From the NCBI GenBank assembly GCA_963779425.1, contig CAVZYD010000006.1, positions 372,447 through 436,446 on the forward strand: a stretch of DNA of 64,000 bases, read 5' to 3'. Positions within the stretch are counted from its first letter, which is position 1, and each line of letters opens with the position of its first letter. Positions 46,136 to 56,044 of the stretch are shown one piece after another. A program made the translations under genes and the position numbers. This DNA is from an uncultured Acidimicrobiaceae bacterium (GTDB lineage: Bacteria; Actinomycetota; Acidimicrobiia; Acidimicrobiales; Bog-793). Below the pieces are notes generated by a model. The model was given only the letters and a program-made list of their open reading frames with translations, was not told the origin of the DNA and ran no database searches.

Positions 46136-47404
46136 TTGGAAACGTCAGGAATCCTTGCCGACGCGCGGGATCGGGTTGTCGAACAAGCGGTTGCCGAGCT
46201 GGGGCAACGCCACACTCGCGACCAGGCGACGAGCCCGGAGACGAGCCGTCGCCACTTGCAGGACCTCTTTGAGGTTGTGGTCCACTGCGTGCGCGACGGC
46301 GATGCCGACCCGATCATCGCCTCTTCGCACCAGCTCGCCGCCGATCGCTTCGCCGCCGGCTTCGACATAGGCGAGGTGCAGGGCGAGTTCAACGTCTTAG
46401 AAGAGGTGCTCTGGCGAGAGATGGCCGACACCCTCGCCGGGGACCAACGGGTCGAAGCTCTCGAGCTTTTGAGCGCGGTCTTGGGCGCGGGCAGGGACGC
46501 CCTCGCCCGCACCTATGTCGCCCTTGCGGCTGGGACCGAACCGAGGGGGCGCGGCGCTGCCGGGCCCCAAGGCGTCGGGGCGCCAGATGGCCCCGCGGGG
46601 GCCCTCTCGGACCCCGCCACCGCCGCCGGCATCTTGCGGGCCGAGACTTTCGGAAAAGTCGGCGTCATAACGCTCAACGATCCCCGCCGGCGCAATTCCA
46701 TCAGTGCCAAGCTGGCAAACGGCATCATCGCCTCGCTCGAGGCCCTGCAGGCCGACGGCGTGCGCGCCGTCGTGTTGCGGGCCACGGCCGGGATGAGTGT
46801 CTGGTCGTCGGGCCGCGACATCACCGAGCTCCCGCGTGGCCGGCGCGACCCTCTCGCCTACAACGACCCTCTCGAGGAGATGCTCCGCGCCATCCGCATC
46901 TTCCCGGCCCCCATCCTTGCCATGGTGCACGGCTCGGTCTGGGGAGGAGCCTTCGACCTCGTCCTCAGCTGCGACATCGTCATCGCCGACGAGACGGCGA
47001 GCTTCGCCATCACCCCCGCCAACCTCGGCCTGCCCTACAACACCACGGGCCTGCTCCATTTCCTCGGCCGACTCCCGATCAACCTCATAAAAGAGATGTT
47101 CTTCACCGCCGAGCCTGTCGACGCCCAAAAGGCCAAGGAATGGCTCATGGTCAACCACCTCGTGGACGAAGCCGTTCTCGAGAGCTTCACCATGGAGTTG
47201 GCGGCGAAGATGGCCTCAAAGTCGCCCCTTGCCATCACCGTCATCAAAGAGCAGCTCCGTGTGCTCAACGACTACCAGCCCATCGCGGCGCAGGTCTACG
47301 AGCGCATCCAGGGGCTGCGGCGGGAGGCCTACGACAGCAGCGACTACCTGGAGGGCCTGAACGCCTTTGCCGAGAAGCGCCAGCCCGTTTTCCGGGGCAC
47401 CTGA
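46136..47404 (+). CDS. scpB: Methylmalonyl-CoA decarboxylase (ScpB-like crotonase) with N-terminal RsbRD_N/globin-like helical domain
   Basis: The C-terminal ~255 aa follow the E. coli ScpB pattern (ELPRGRRDPLAYNDPL, GSVWGGAF, TPANLGLPYN, KEMFFTA, ERIQGLRREAYDSSDYLEG..AF.EKR.P.F.G). The N-terminal ~130 aa are a separate helical domain. Confidence 0.8.
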   Translation: METSGILADARDRVVEQAVAELGQRHTRDQATSPETSRRHLQDLFEVVVHCVRDGDADPIIASSHQLAADRFAAGFDIGEVQGEFNVLEEVLWREMADTLAGDQRVEALELLSAVLGAGRDALARTYVALAAGTEPRGRGAAGPQGVGAPDGPAGALSDPATAAGILRAETFGKVGVITLNDPRRRNSISAKLANGIIASLEALQADGVRAVVLRATAGMSVWSSGRDITELPRGRRDPLAYNDPLEEMLRAIRIFPAPILAMVHGSVWGGAFDLVLSCDIVIADETASFAITPANLGLPYNTTGLLHFLGRLPINLIKEMFFTAEPVDAQKAKEWLMVNHLVDEAVLESFTMELAAKMASKSPLAITVIKEQLRVLNDYQPIAAQVYERIQGLRREAYDSSDYLEGLNAFAEKRQPVFRGT

Positions 47405-47631
47405 GGCCTTTGTCGTGGCCGCCGGTGATCGCTCCCGGCGGTGGCTTTTCTCGAGTGGTCCTTGGCCGGCGCCGGGTGGCTGGTGCCGGCGGCGGCATCA
47501 GCGCCTCCACCTTGCAGCGACTGGGGACGGCGTGCTTGTCGTTCTCCGCGGGCGCAGGATCGCAGCTGGACTCCGGTGCGGTCATCGCCGTCGACGGCGC
47601 TCTCGTGCTGCGGGCGCGCTAGCTTGCGGGG

Positions 47632-48079
47632 ATGGGTGCCGATCCCTACGAGCTCGAGCGCTTCGTGGCGGCACAGGATTACGGGGGCACCTTCGAGCGC
47701 GTTCTCCAAGAACTTCGAGATGGCCGCAAGACGGGCCACTGGATCTGGTTCATCTTCCCCCAGATCGCCGGTCTCGGGTCGAGTCCGACCTCGAGGGCCT
47801 TCGCCATATCTTCCTTGGACGAGGCCAAGGCCTACCTGAGCCATCCCGTGCTCGGCCCGCGCCTTCGCGAATCGCGCGGGTGCGCTCTTGTTGATAAAGG
47901 GGCGAGCAGCCGAGCAGATCCTCGGGAGCACCGACGCCATGAAGCTGCGCTCCTCGATGACCTTGTTCACGCGGGCCGCGCCAGGTGAAGCTCTGTTCGC
48001 GCAGGTGCTCGAGCGCTACTTCGCCGGCCAAGAAGACACGGCGACGGACGAGCGCCTGACCCCTTCAACGGCGCTCTAG
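47632..48079 (+). CDS. DUF1810 family protein, +1 frameshift near 47873
   Basis: DPYELERFVAAQ..ELRDGRKTGHWIWFIFPQ..YLSHPVLGPRL, then in the next frame ILGSTDAMKLRSSMTLF..D.AT. Confidence 0.8.
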
Positions 48080-48106
48080 GCCTTTGCCGCGCTCGGACTT
48101 CGGCCT

Positions 48107-49948
48107 TCAAACAGCGCGGGGTTCGAACGCCCTGAGGCCGATCAGCCACGCATGCAGCACGGCCTTTCCTTCTTGCAGCACGGCCGCGCGCAACAGGACC
48201 GGCCGGTAAGGGGCGAGGATGGCGAAGGCCCTGGCGAAGCCGGCGCCGGTGAGGTCCAAGAGGAGCAGTTCGGCCGGGCGTCTGTTCTCGAGCTTGACCG
48301 CGTCAGCGGCGCTTAGCACCGGGAGTCCGTTCGGTAACAGGTTGAAGCCGGCGTGGAATATCCCGACGGGCCCGAGGAGCGAGCCGATCTCGTCGCCCTG
48401 GATCCACATCAAAAGCTGCTCGCCCTTGTAGCTCGGGCCTCCGACGAACGACGGCAGGTCCGCACATACCTGGTACCAGTCGACCAGGGTGGTGCTGCTC
48501 CCACCGAGCGCGCTGGCGTAGGCGGGCGGCGGGTCCTGGACCATGATCCGCCCCCAGGGAGCGACGGTCAGCACGAGCAGCGACCCCGTCAGCCCGACGA
48601 TGCTAAAGGCCACGCCGAGGCCGAGGCCGAGGCCGAGGCCGAGGGCGACCCGGTGGGCCGGGTGCACGACACGCGCAGAGCGAAAGATCCTCATAAGAGC
48701 GCAGAGCAGGGCCGGGACGGCGGCGAGAGCCAGCCCGACCGGCCACCACCTAAAGCTCGGCACGTGGGGGTCCGCCTCGTAGGCGAGAGGGACGGCCACG
48801 AGGAGAACGGCCGGTAGCCAGCGTGCGACGGACAGCTCCGACAAGGAGCGGGCCATCTCCGCCAAGATGAGGGCGAGGGCCAGGCAGACCACGCCCCAGA
48901 GGGTGGAGGAGAAGTAGTGCTGCTCGAGGGCCTGCACGTGGTAGACGAACTGCAGGTAGGCGAAGACGGCGAGCTGGACGGTGCACACGAGTCCTACGAA
49001 GAGCTGGGGCGAGGCGATCTTGGAGAGCCGGCGGGCGAAGCTCAGCCAGAACGCCACGATGACAGAGGGTGGCACTAACAGGTAGGGCACGTACTGAGGC
49101 CATTTGTGGCCGGGGGTGTGCCACCTGGCTATCTGTGCCGGGTGGTTCAAGAACTCCTCGCCGGCAAGGGTGGGCCGGATGAAGTCGAACTGGCCGAGCA
49201 CGGCGCGCGAGGCGAACATCAAGATGACCGTGGCGGCGACGGCGACGGCGACGAGCAAGGCGCCGTCTCGGACAAGGCGGCGCCTTGCCCGCATGAGCCG
49301 CACGAGGACGTAGACGACGACGGTGGTGGCGGCGAGCACGATGCCTATGCCGTGCGACCAGGTGGCAAGAGTCAACAAAACGCCGCCGGCGATGAGCCAC
49401 AAGGGCCGCCCGCGGTCCCGCGCGGGCATGGCCAGGCAGCAAACGGCCCCGGCGATGTAGCTCACCACGGCGCAGTCGGGGTAGTCGGTGCCCCAGGCGG
49501 TGATGAGGACCGGGCAGCTCAACAACACGATGACGCCGACAACGGCGGCGGGGATGCCGTAGAGCTTGCGCAAAAGGACATAGGCGGGCACGACGGCGAC
49601 AAGGGCGAGGAAATAGCGCATGACGAAGAAGCCGCCGAGGATGCCAAAGCCGAGATAGGCGAGGCGGGCGAGGACGAGGAAGCCCGCCTGGGCCCCTTCG
49701 CGCATGCGGGCCGTGGCGGCAAAAGCGGCGGCGTAGCGGTTGAACATCTGGCTCGGGTCGACGATGTAGATCGTGTGCATGCTCGGATCGGGCAGGTCGA
49801 CCGGCGACATGGCCCGGAGGCGGAGCACGAAAAAAGCGATGACAGGCGAGGCCAAGACCGCCACCGACTCGGCCAGCACCGCCAAGCGGGCAACCGGCTG
49901 CCGCTCGTGCCGAGCCGACCCGGAGGTCAGGGCGTCAGCAGCGATCAC
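48107..49948 (-). CDS. Polytopic membrane protein, possibly GT-C fold glycosyltransferase-like
   Basis: About 13-14 hydrophobic segments, acidic loop motifs (DLPD, TDYPD), soluble C-terminal tail. Confidence 0.6.
   Translation of the reverse strand: MIAADALTSGSARHERQPVARLAVLAESVAVLASPVIAFFVLRLRAMSPVDLPDPSMHTIYIVDPSQMFNRYAAAFAATARMREGAQAGFLVLARLAYLGFGILGGFFVMRYFLALVAVVPAYVLLRKLYGIPAAVVGVIVLLSCPVLITAWGTDYPDCAVVSYIAGAVCCLAMPARDRGRPLWLIAGGVLLTLATWSHGIGIVLAATTVVVYVLVRLMRARRRLVRDGALLVAVAVAATVILMFASRAVLGQFDFIRPTLAGEEFLNHPAQIARWHTPGHKWPQYVPYLLVPPSVIVAFWLSFARRLSKIASPQLFVGLVCTVQLAVFAYLQFVYHVQALEQHYFSSTLWGVVCLALALILAEMARSLSELSVARWLPAVLLVAVPLAYEADPHVPSFRWWPVGLALAAVPALLCALMRIFRSARVVHPAHRVALGLGLGLGLGVAFSIVGLTGSLLVLTVAPWGRIMVQDPPPAYASALGGSSTTLVDWYQVCADLPSFVGGPSYKGEQLLMWIQGDEIGSLLGPVGIFHAGFNLLPNGLPVLSAADAVKLENRRPAELLLLDLTGAGFARAFAILAPYRPVLLRAAVLQEGKAVLHAWLIGLRAFEPRAV
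48615..48644. repeat. (CCGAGG)5 in-frame microsatellite encoding a Leu-Gly repeat
   Basis: Five perfect copies starting at 48615, 48621, 48627, 48633 and 48639. Confidence 0.85.
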
Positions 49949-50067
49949 GGCAGGACGCTACCAAGCGGCGCGCCGGGGGAGATGTGCAGGTCGACGGCTC
50001 TATGCGATCGCCGACCGGGCGACGCTCAGCTAGGACGGCCCCTGTGTCGGAAAGGCGATTCGGCGCC

Positions 50068-51138
50068 CTAGCGGGCGATGGAACGCAATGATGCCGAGTC
50101 CAGCTTGACCGCCACGACGGTGTCAGCCGCGAGGTTCAATGCCACAGCGCTCGAGACATCAGCCAACAGGGGTCCGATGTCCGTGGTGAGGCCGACCCGG
50201 GTAACCGGTCCAAGGAAGGTCAGGCTCGTCACCCGACCCTCGAACTGGCCCGGAACCAGCTGGGTTCCGTTCGACAGCACCTCGATGCCGATATCTTCGG
50301 GGCGCAGGAACAGCTCCACCGTCTCGCCGGCCGGGTGGTTGAATGTCGGGTCCGGGACACTGAGCAAAAGCGGTCCGCAGCGGACAACTCGATCCTCCAT
50401 GGACACGACCGTGCCCTCGAGCTGGTTCATCGTTCCGACGAAGTTCGCCACGAAGGCGGTCCTCGGGCCGCTGTAGATCTGGGCCGGCGTGCCGAGCTGC
50501 TCGATGCGGCCTTGGGACATGACGGCCACTCGATCCGAGATCGACAGCGCCTCCTCCTGATCGTGGGTCACGTACAGGGTCGTGATGCCGAGCTCTTGCT
50601 GGATGCGACGGACCTCCGCCCGAAGCTGCACCCGAACCTTCGCGTCAAGAGCGGAGAGAGGCTCGTCGAGGAGCAGGACGCTGGGCTGGATCGCAAGAGA
50701 CCTGGCAAGAGCCACACGCTGTTGCTGGCCACCGGAAAGTTGGCGAGGAAATCGGTTCAGGGCGCTGCCGAGCCCGACGAGCTCGAGGAGCTCACGGGCC
50801 CGTTGCGCGCGCACCTCATGGCTCTGTTTGCGAACTCGAAGCCCGAATTCCACGTTCTGCTGGGCGGTCATGTTCGGGAACAGGCTGTAGGCCTGGAAGA
50901 CCATGCCCATGTTCCGCTTGTTGGCAGGCTGGCCGAGCACGTCTTTGGCTTCCACGAGCACCTCGCCCGAGTCCGGCCACTCGAAGCCGGCGATGATGCG
51001 CAGTGCCGTCGTCTTCCCGCAGCCGCTCGGTCCGAGCAGCGACACGAACTCGCCGGAGCCAACCTCGAGGTCGAGATGATCAAGGGCGACGACGTTTCCG
51101 AACCTACGGCACAGCCCACGGAGCTCGACGGTTGCCAT
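50068..51138 (-). CDS. ABC transporter ATP-binding protein (PotA/PhnT-like), operon A
   Basis: GPSGCGKTT, MVFQAYSLFPNM, LSGGQQQR, LLDEP, TOBE. Confidence 0.92.
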   Translation of the reverse strand: MATVELRGLCRRFGNVVALDHLDLEVGSGEFVSLLGPSGCGKTTALRIIAGFEWPDSGEVLVEAKDVLGQPANKRNMGMVFQAYSLFPNMTAQQNVEFGLRVRKQSHEVRAQRARELLELVGLGSALNRFPRQLSGGQQQRVALARSLAIQPSVLLLDEPLSALDAKVRVQLRAEVRRIQQELGITTLYVTHDQEEALSISDRVAVMSQGRIEQLGTPAQIYSGPRTAFVANFVGTMNQLEGTVVSMEDRVVRCGPLLLSVPDPTFNHPAGETVELFLRPEDIGIEVLSNGTQLVPGQFEGRVTSLTFLGPVTRVGLTTDIGPLLADVSSAVALNLAADTVVAVKLDSASLRSIAR

Positions 51139-51146
51139 TTTCGGGC

Positions 51147-51995
51147 CTAGTTATAGTCCGTGATGGCGACGGCAGCCGCGCTGCGACCGCCACGGCCGAG
51201 CAGGTAGAGGGCCAGCATGGCGGCCCAGACGAAGATGAAGCTTATGAACGACAGCGCGACTCCCTCGTAGGCGGTGCTCGTCCCGATTACGTAGGTGTAG
51301 ACGGGGAAGGTGTTGAACTCCAGCAGGCTGGCGACGGTGTACTCACCCATCGAGATCGCGATGGTGAGGAGCGACCCGCCGATGATGGCCGCGCGGAGGT
51401 TCGGGAGGATTACCAGCAGCAAGGTCCGCGGCGTCTTTGCTCCTAGGCTCTCGGCAGCCTCGACGAGGGTCCGTAGGTCGATCGCGCGCAGTCCCGCGTC
51501 GAGCGCCCGATAGAGAAACGGCAGCGCGAACACGACATAGATGAGCGACAGCACCTCGGGGCGCACGAACAAGAAGGTGATGTTCTTCAAAAAGGGCAAC
51601 AGGCCGACGACGAGCACGATCGGGGGCACGACGAAGGGAAGGATCGAGATCAGGTCCATCACGGGACGGAGCCCGGGTAGGCGAAGATGCACCCAGAACA
51701 CCGTCGGCACCATGAGCACAAGGCTCACCGCCACGGTCTCGAGAGCGATCTGGATAGAGAGCCAGAACGAGGACCTGAACATGGGGTCGTCGAACACCGT
51801 CAGGTACCAGTGGAAGGGGCTCTGTCCCGGCTGGACTCCCGCCAGGCTGAACTGCACCACCGAGTAGATCGGCACAAGGAAGACGAGCGCCGCCAGCACC
51901 AGCCATATGACGTGCCAGACGGGTACACGGTTGCGCGCCCGGCGGAACCGGTGGTCCTTCGGGCGCGCAGCGTCAGCGGCGGTCACCTGAGCCAT
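51147..51995 (-). CDS. ABC transporter permease (PotC-like), operon A
   Basis: DAGLRAIDLRTLVEAAESLGA, MGEYTVASLL. Confidence 0.9.
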   Translation of the reverse strand: MAQVTAADAARPKDHRFRRARNRVPVWHVIWLVLAALVFLVPIYSVVQFSLAGVQPGQSPFHWYLTVFDDPMFRSSFWLSIQIALETVAVSLVLMVPTVFWVHLRLPGLRPVMDLISILPFVVPPIVLVVGLLPFLKNITFLFVRPEVLSLIYVVFALPFLYRALDAGLRAIDLRTLVEAAESLGAKTPRTLLLVILPNLRAAIIGGSLLTIAISMGEYTVASLLEFNTFPVYTYVIGTSTAYEGVALSFISFIFVWAAMLALYLLGRGGRSAAAVAITDYN

Positions 51996-52882
51996 CGACT
52001 CGCTCGACGCTGGAGAAGGGCGTAGACGACGATCGTGACGACGATGATCACGATCATCGCGAGGGCGAGGGCGTAGGCGTCCTGCGGGTTGATGGTGATG
52101 TCCCCATTGATGAGGTTCGCGATGTCGATCGTGACGAGATTCGAGACGCCAAGGGTCTCGGCGGTCGCGTAGGCGGAAAAGGCGTTGCCGAACAGCAGAA
52201 CCATGAGACCGAGAAGAGACGGGGTGATGACCGGCAGGCCCACGTAGCGCCAGAACATGAGCGAGCTAGCACCGAGGTTGGAAGCCGCCTCCCGCCACTC
52301 CTTGCGCAATCCCTCTATCACCGGGATCATGAGCAAGATCATGAGGGGAAGCTGAAAGTACATGTAGACAAGTGCGCAGCCGAACAGGCCCTGGAGGCTG
52401 AACGACGGGTAGATGTCAAGCCCCAGGTGCTCCAAGAGTGTCGTGACGACGCCGAGCGTGCCCAGGGTCGCCACGTAGGCGAAGCCGAGGGGCACACCTG
52501 CGAAGTTGGCGGCCATGCCGGAGAACGACACGAACGCTGGTCGGATGAAGCGGGGAACGCCGTGGTGCAACACGGCGTTGGCGACGAGCAAGCCGAGCAC
52601 CCCTCCCATGACCGCACTCAGGGCCGAGAGCTCGAGCGAGAACTCGAAGGCCTGCGGGTACGGCGGATGGAAGATGTCGGAGATGTTCGAAAGCGTGAAG
52701 GCTCCGTTGGCGGTCCTGAAGGCGCCGACGATGAGCTCACCGGTCGGTATCAGCAAGAAGATGCTGATGTAGGCGAAGAAGGGAAGTGCACCGAGCAGAG
52801 CCCATCGTCGAGAGCGCGACCGCTTTCGCGTCACGCTCCCGACGGGGACCTTTGTTTTGCGTCCTGGTTCCGCGAGGGCCAT
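51983..52882 (-). CDS. ABC transporter permease (PotB-like), operon A
   Basis: ANFAGVPLGFAY, EWREAASNLGA, FSAYATA. Confidence 0.9.
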   Translation of the reverse strand: MALAEPGRKTKVPVGSVTRKRSRSRRWALLGALPFFAYISIFLLIPTGELIVGAFRTANGAFTLSNISDIFHPPYPQAFEFSLELSALSAVMGGVLGLLVANAVLHHGVPRFIRPAFVSFSGMAANFAGVPLGFAYVATLGTLGVVTTLLEHLGLDIYPSFSLQGLFGCALVYMYFQLPLMILLMIPVIEGLRKEWREAASNLGASSLMFWRYVGLPVITPSLLGLMVLLFGNAFSAYATAETLGVSNLVTIDIANLINGDITINPQDAYALALAMIVIIVVTIVVYALLQRRASRWLR

Positions 52883-52912
52883 CAGGCACCCTGAGCGCGC
52901 CGGGGCCTCGGG

Positions 52913-54121
52913 CTAGACGCCGCCCACCATCGAGTCCCAGTTCGCCACCACGATGGCGCTCGCCTTATTGATCTGCGCCAAGGTGGGAAAGCGCAGACCG
53001 GCGTACTCGCTTGCAGGCGGCAGATCCTTCGCCAGCGAAGCCGGGATCTTGCCGGCGGCCGCTAGAGCCGCGTACCGCGCCGGGTGGACGTACCCGGCGA
53101 GGTACTCGAGCTGGCCAAGGTCGGAGTAGAGGTACTCCATCCAGAGCTTGGCCGCGTTCGGGTGTGGTGCGTAAGCGCTGATCGCCTGGCAGTAGAAATT
53201 GGCGAACTTGGCATCGGTCGGGACGCTCACGACGAGCTTGATATCGGGGTACTGCTTCCTATAGGCGAGGTTGAGGTAGTCCCACTCGATCACGATCGGC
53301 GTCTCACCACTTGCCACCTGTGACGGGTTGGCGATGATCGGGTTGAAGTTCCCGACGTCCTTCAGCTTCTGGAAGAACTTGAGGCCCGGCATGATGTTGT
53401 TGAGGGAGCCGCCGTTGGCGAGGGCGGCGCTCCACACGGCGGCGAACGCATCGCCCGCGACGGCGGGGCTGTTGACGATCGCGACTTGGCCCTTGTACTC
53501 CGGCTTGAGGAGGTCTTGCCAGGACTTGGGTGGGTTCTTAACGACCTTGGTGTTCGTGCCGAAGGCGATGACACCGTAGTAGTCGCCGTACCACAGCCCG
53601 CTCGGGTCCTTCATGACGCTTGGGATTTCGCTCCAGGTCTGTACCTTGTACGGCACGAAAGCCTTATCTTTCACGCCCTGTTCGGCAATCTCGGGCGAGA
53701 CGTCGACGGCATCGGGGTCCTTGGGCGTGCCCTTGAACGACAAGATGGCGGTCAGCTCCTGCGCCGAGGAACCTTCGGGGTTCACGACAGGGCAGTTGAT
53801 CTTGTACAGCTTGTAGAACTCGCCGATGACCGTGTTCGGGGTCGACTGGGTGCCGTAGTTCGCCCAGTTGTCCGGATCAGCGATCAGGTTGAGGGTGCCT
53901 TCCTTCTGCGCTGCGGCCACAAGACCGGGCGGCATCGTGGGCGGCGCCGTCGCGGCTCCGCCCAGCGCGCTCGAGATCGAGGGGCTCGCCGAGCTGGCCC
54001 CGGCATCGAGCAAGATGCCGCCGGCTATGCCCGCAATGCCGAGCCCCGCCTGTCGCAAAAAGCGCCGCCGGTCGTAGGCCGCGCCCCCGGATCCGACAAG
54101 ACCTTCATCCCGCTCAGCCAT
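52913..54121 (-). CDS. ABC transporter substrate-binding protein with Tat signal, operon A
   Basis: DRRRFL twin-arginine signal, DNWANYG, YYGVIAFG, EWDYLN, APHPNAAKLWMEYLYSD. Confidence 0.88.
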   Translation of the reverse strand: MAERDEGLVGSGGAAYDRRRFLRQAGLGIAGIAGGILLDAGASSASPSISSALGGAATAPPTMPPGLVAAAQKEGTLNLIADPDNWANYGTQSTPNTVIGEFYKLYKINCPVVNPEGSSAQELTAILSFKGTPKDPDAVDVSPEIAEQGVKDKAFVPYKVQTWSEIPSVMKDPSGLWYGDYYGVIAFGTNTKVVKNPPKSWQDLLKPEYKGQVAIVNSPAVAGDAFAAVWSAALANGGSLNNIMPGLKFFQKLKDVGNFNPIIANPSQVASGETPIVIEWDYLNLAYRKQYPDIKLVVSVPTDAKFANFYCQAISAYAPHPNAAKLWMEYLYSDLGQLEYLAGYVHPARYAALAAAGKIPASLAKDLPPASEYAGLRFPTLAQINKASAIVVANWDSMVGGV

Positions 54122-54765
54122 TCCGCTTTCCTCCCTCTTTGTTGCGCTTTCGTCGCGAACTGTACACACGGATCTTCGCCGATGTAGCCCGCGAAGCCCT
54201 CTTCAGGTCTCTCGCGGTGATGACTCTCGACAACCCGACGTCAAAACTCGCGGGCCGCCGCTTCGGTTGGAAGCGAGCAACGCAACGCCGGCGCCTCACC
54301 GGCGACTACTCACCTCCCGCGCTGAAAATGAGGTCTTGACGTCGTCTTCGCCACGCGCGCCAAGGTGAGCCGGGTGGTCACCTGTGTTCCCTCGAGGTGC
54401 CGGTCGATGACTATCTTCCGTGACGGGACCTTCCACAGAGGCTTGGCGGATCTCCCCTGGGCACGATGCTCGTGCAAGATCGCAGCTCACGGGTCTGTTC
54501 TATTGATCGAGCGGGCGCCCAGTCCCTTCATAGCTTCGCCCGCCGGATGATCGGTCGAGGGGGCCTTGGCGCGCCCAGGACCGCTGCACAGTTCCGAAAC
54601 AGGTAGCTTGGCGCGCACCTGAAATTCATCCTCTGTTAAGCAAGTCGTAGCGCACGTTCACAATCGCGCCACCTCGGCCATCTACGGTGCCGCCTAGCTG
54701 GATGGCTGCGGCGGGTCGCCGCTATCGGAACGTCTCTTAGGGGACGAGAAGGAGGATCCAAGGGA

Positions 54766-55956
54766 ATGCAGAAGAGAACACTGCTGCGCTGGTTCGCCGG
54801 GGCAGCTGTTGCCGTGACGGCCCTCGGGCTCGGTGCAGTCTCGGGCGCGGGCGCCAGCGTGGCGCGCACTCGCGGGTCTTCGGCGAGTTGCTGGGCGACT
54901 GCCCTGACGGCCAAGCAGTGCGGCGGAATGAGCGCGCTCGTCGCCGCCGCCAAGGCCGAGGGCAACCTCACCGTCACGACCGACCCTGTCACCTGGGCGA
55001 ACTACGGCAATATCATCAAAGACTTCGAAGCCAAATACGGCATCAAGATCCTCGACACGAACCCGAACGGGACGAGCGCCGACGAGATCCAAGAGATAGT
55101 CAGCGACAACGGCAAGCCCGACGAACCCGACGTGCTCGACATCGGCCTCACCTACGCCACAGAGGCAGTGGCGGGCGAGCCCGGCGTGTTCAAGGGCCCG
55201 ATCTTCTCGCCCTACGAGACCCAGGAATGGAATGAACTCCCTGCCGGCTGGAAGAACCCCAAGGGCTACTGGGCCTACGACTACGCCGGCCTCGCGACGA
55301 TCGGCTACAACGCCAATGTCATCAAGACGGCGCCGACCACATGGTCCGACCTGCTCCTTCCGGAGTTCAAGGACGCCGTCGCCCTTGACAACGCCCCGAC
55401 GGCCTCGGGCGCCGGGTTCGGCGCGGTGATGGCGGCTGCCATTAACAACGGCGGGTCGGTGACAAATGTCCAGCCTGGCATCAACTTCTTCAAGAAGCTG
55501 GCCGCAGCGGGGAACTTCAACCCGATCGAGGCCGGCGGCGCCGGCGACGGGCCGATGGCCGACAAGAGCGTGCTCGCAACGATCGACTGGAGCTACAACC
55601 AGCTGTCGTGGCAGCAGGAGCTGGCGAAGTCCCCGGGCATCGACTGGAAGATCGTCGTTCCGGCGGGCAAGCCGTACGCCCAGTACTACGCCATGGCGAT
55701 CAGCGCCTACGCCCCGCACCCGGCGGCGGCGCGGCTGTGGCTCGAGTACCTCTACTCGCCGACCGGTCAGAACCTGTGGGCCGTCGGTGGGGCGCTTCCG
55801 TCCACCTGGACGACGATGGTGAAAGATGGCACGGCATCGGGGGCGGCCAAGAAGGGAGTCCCGGCGATCAGCCAGACTCCGACGACGGCCACCCCGGCCG
55901 AGGTGACGGCGGGCCAGGACCTCGTCATCAAGGAGTGGGCGTCTGCAGTCGGCTGA
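54766..55956 (+). CDS. ABC transporter substrate-binding protein, operon B (paralog of operon A SBP)
   Basis: Signal peptide, VTWANYG, DWSYN, APHPAAARLWLEYLYS. Confidence 0.88.
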   Translation: MQKRTLLRWFAGAAVAVTALGLGAVSGAGASVARTRGSSASCWATALTAKQCGGMSALVAAAKAEGNLTVTTDPVTWANYGNIIKDFEAKYGIKILDTNPNGTSADEIQEIVSDNGKPDEPDVLDIGLTYATEAVAGEPGVFKGPIFSPYETQEWNELPAGWKNPKGYWAYDYAGLATIGYNANVIKTAPTTWSDLLLPEFKDAVALDNAPTASGAGFGAVMAAAINNGGSVTNVQPGINFFKKLAAAGNFNPIEAGGAGDGPMADKSVLATIDWSYNQLSWQQELAKSPGIDWKIVVPAGKPYAQYYAMAISAYAPHPAAARLWLEYLYSPTGQNLWAVGGALPSTWTTMVKDGTASGAAKKGVPAISQTPTTATPAEVTAGQDLVIKEWASAVG

Positions 55957-55984
55957 TCCGGCTGCGGTTGCCGTATCCGGCGAA

Positions 55985-56017
55985 GGCAGGGCCCGCGATC
56001 TCGACGCGGGCCCTGCC
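55985..56017 (+). terminator. Perfect 13-bp stem-loop after the SBP gene (mRNA stabiliser or partial terminator)
   Basis: GGCAGGGCCCGCG-ATCTCGA-CGCGGGCCCTGCC, no U-tract. Confidence 0.6.
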
Positions 56018-56044
56018 ACGCGCCGGTCCCACCGACGCGGCCTC

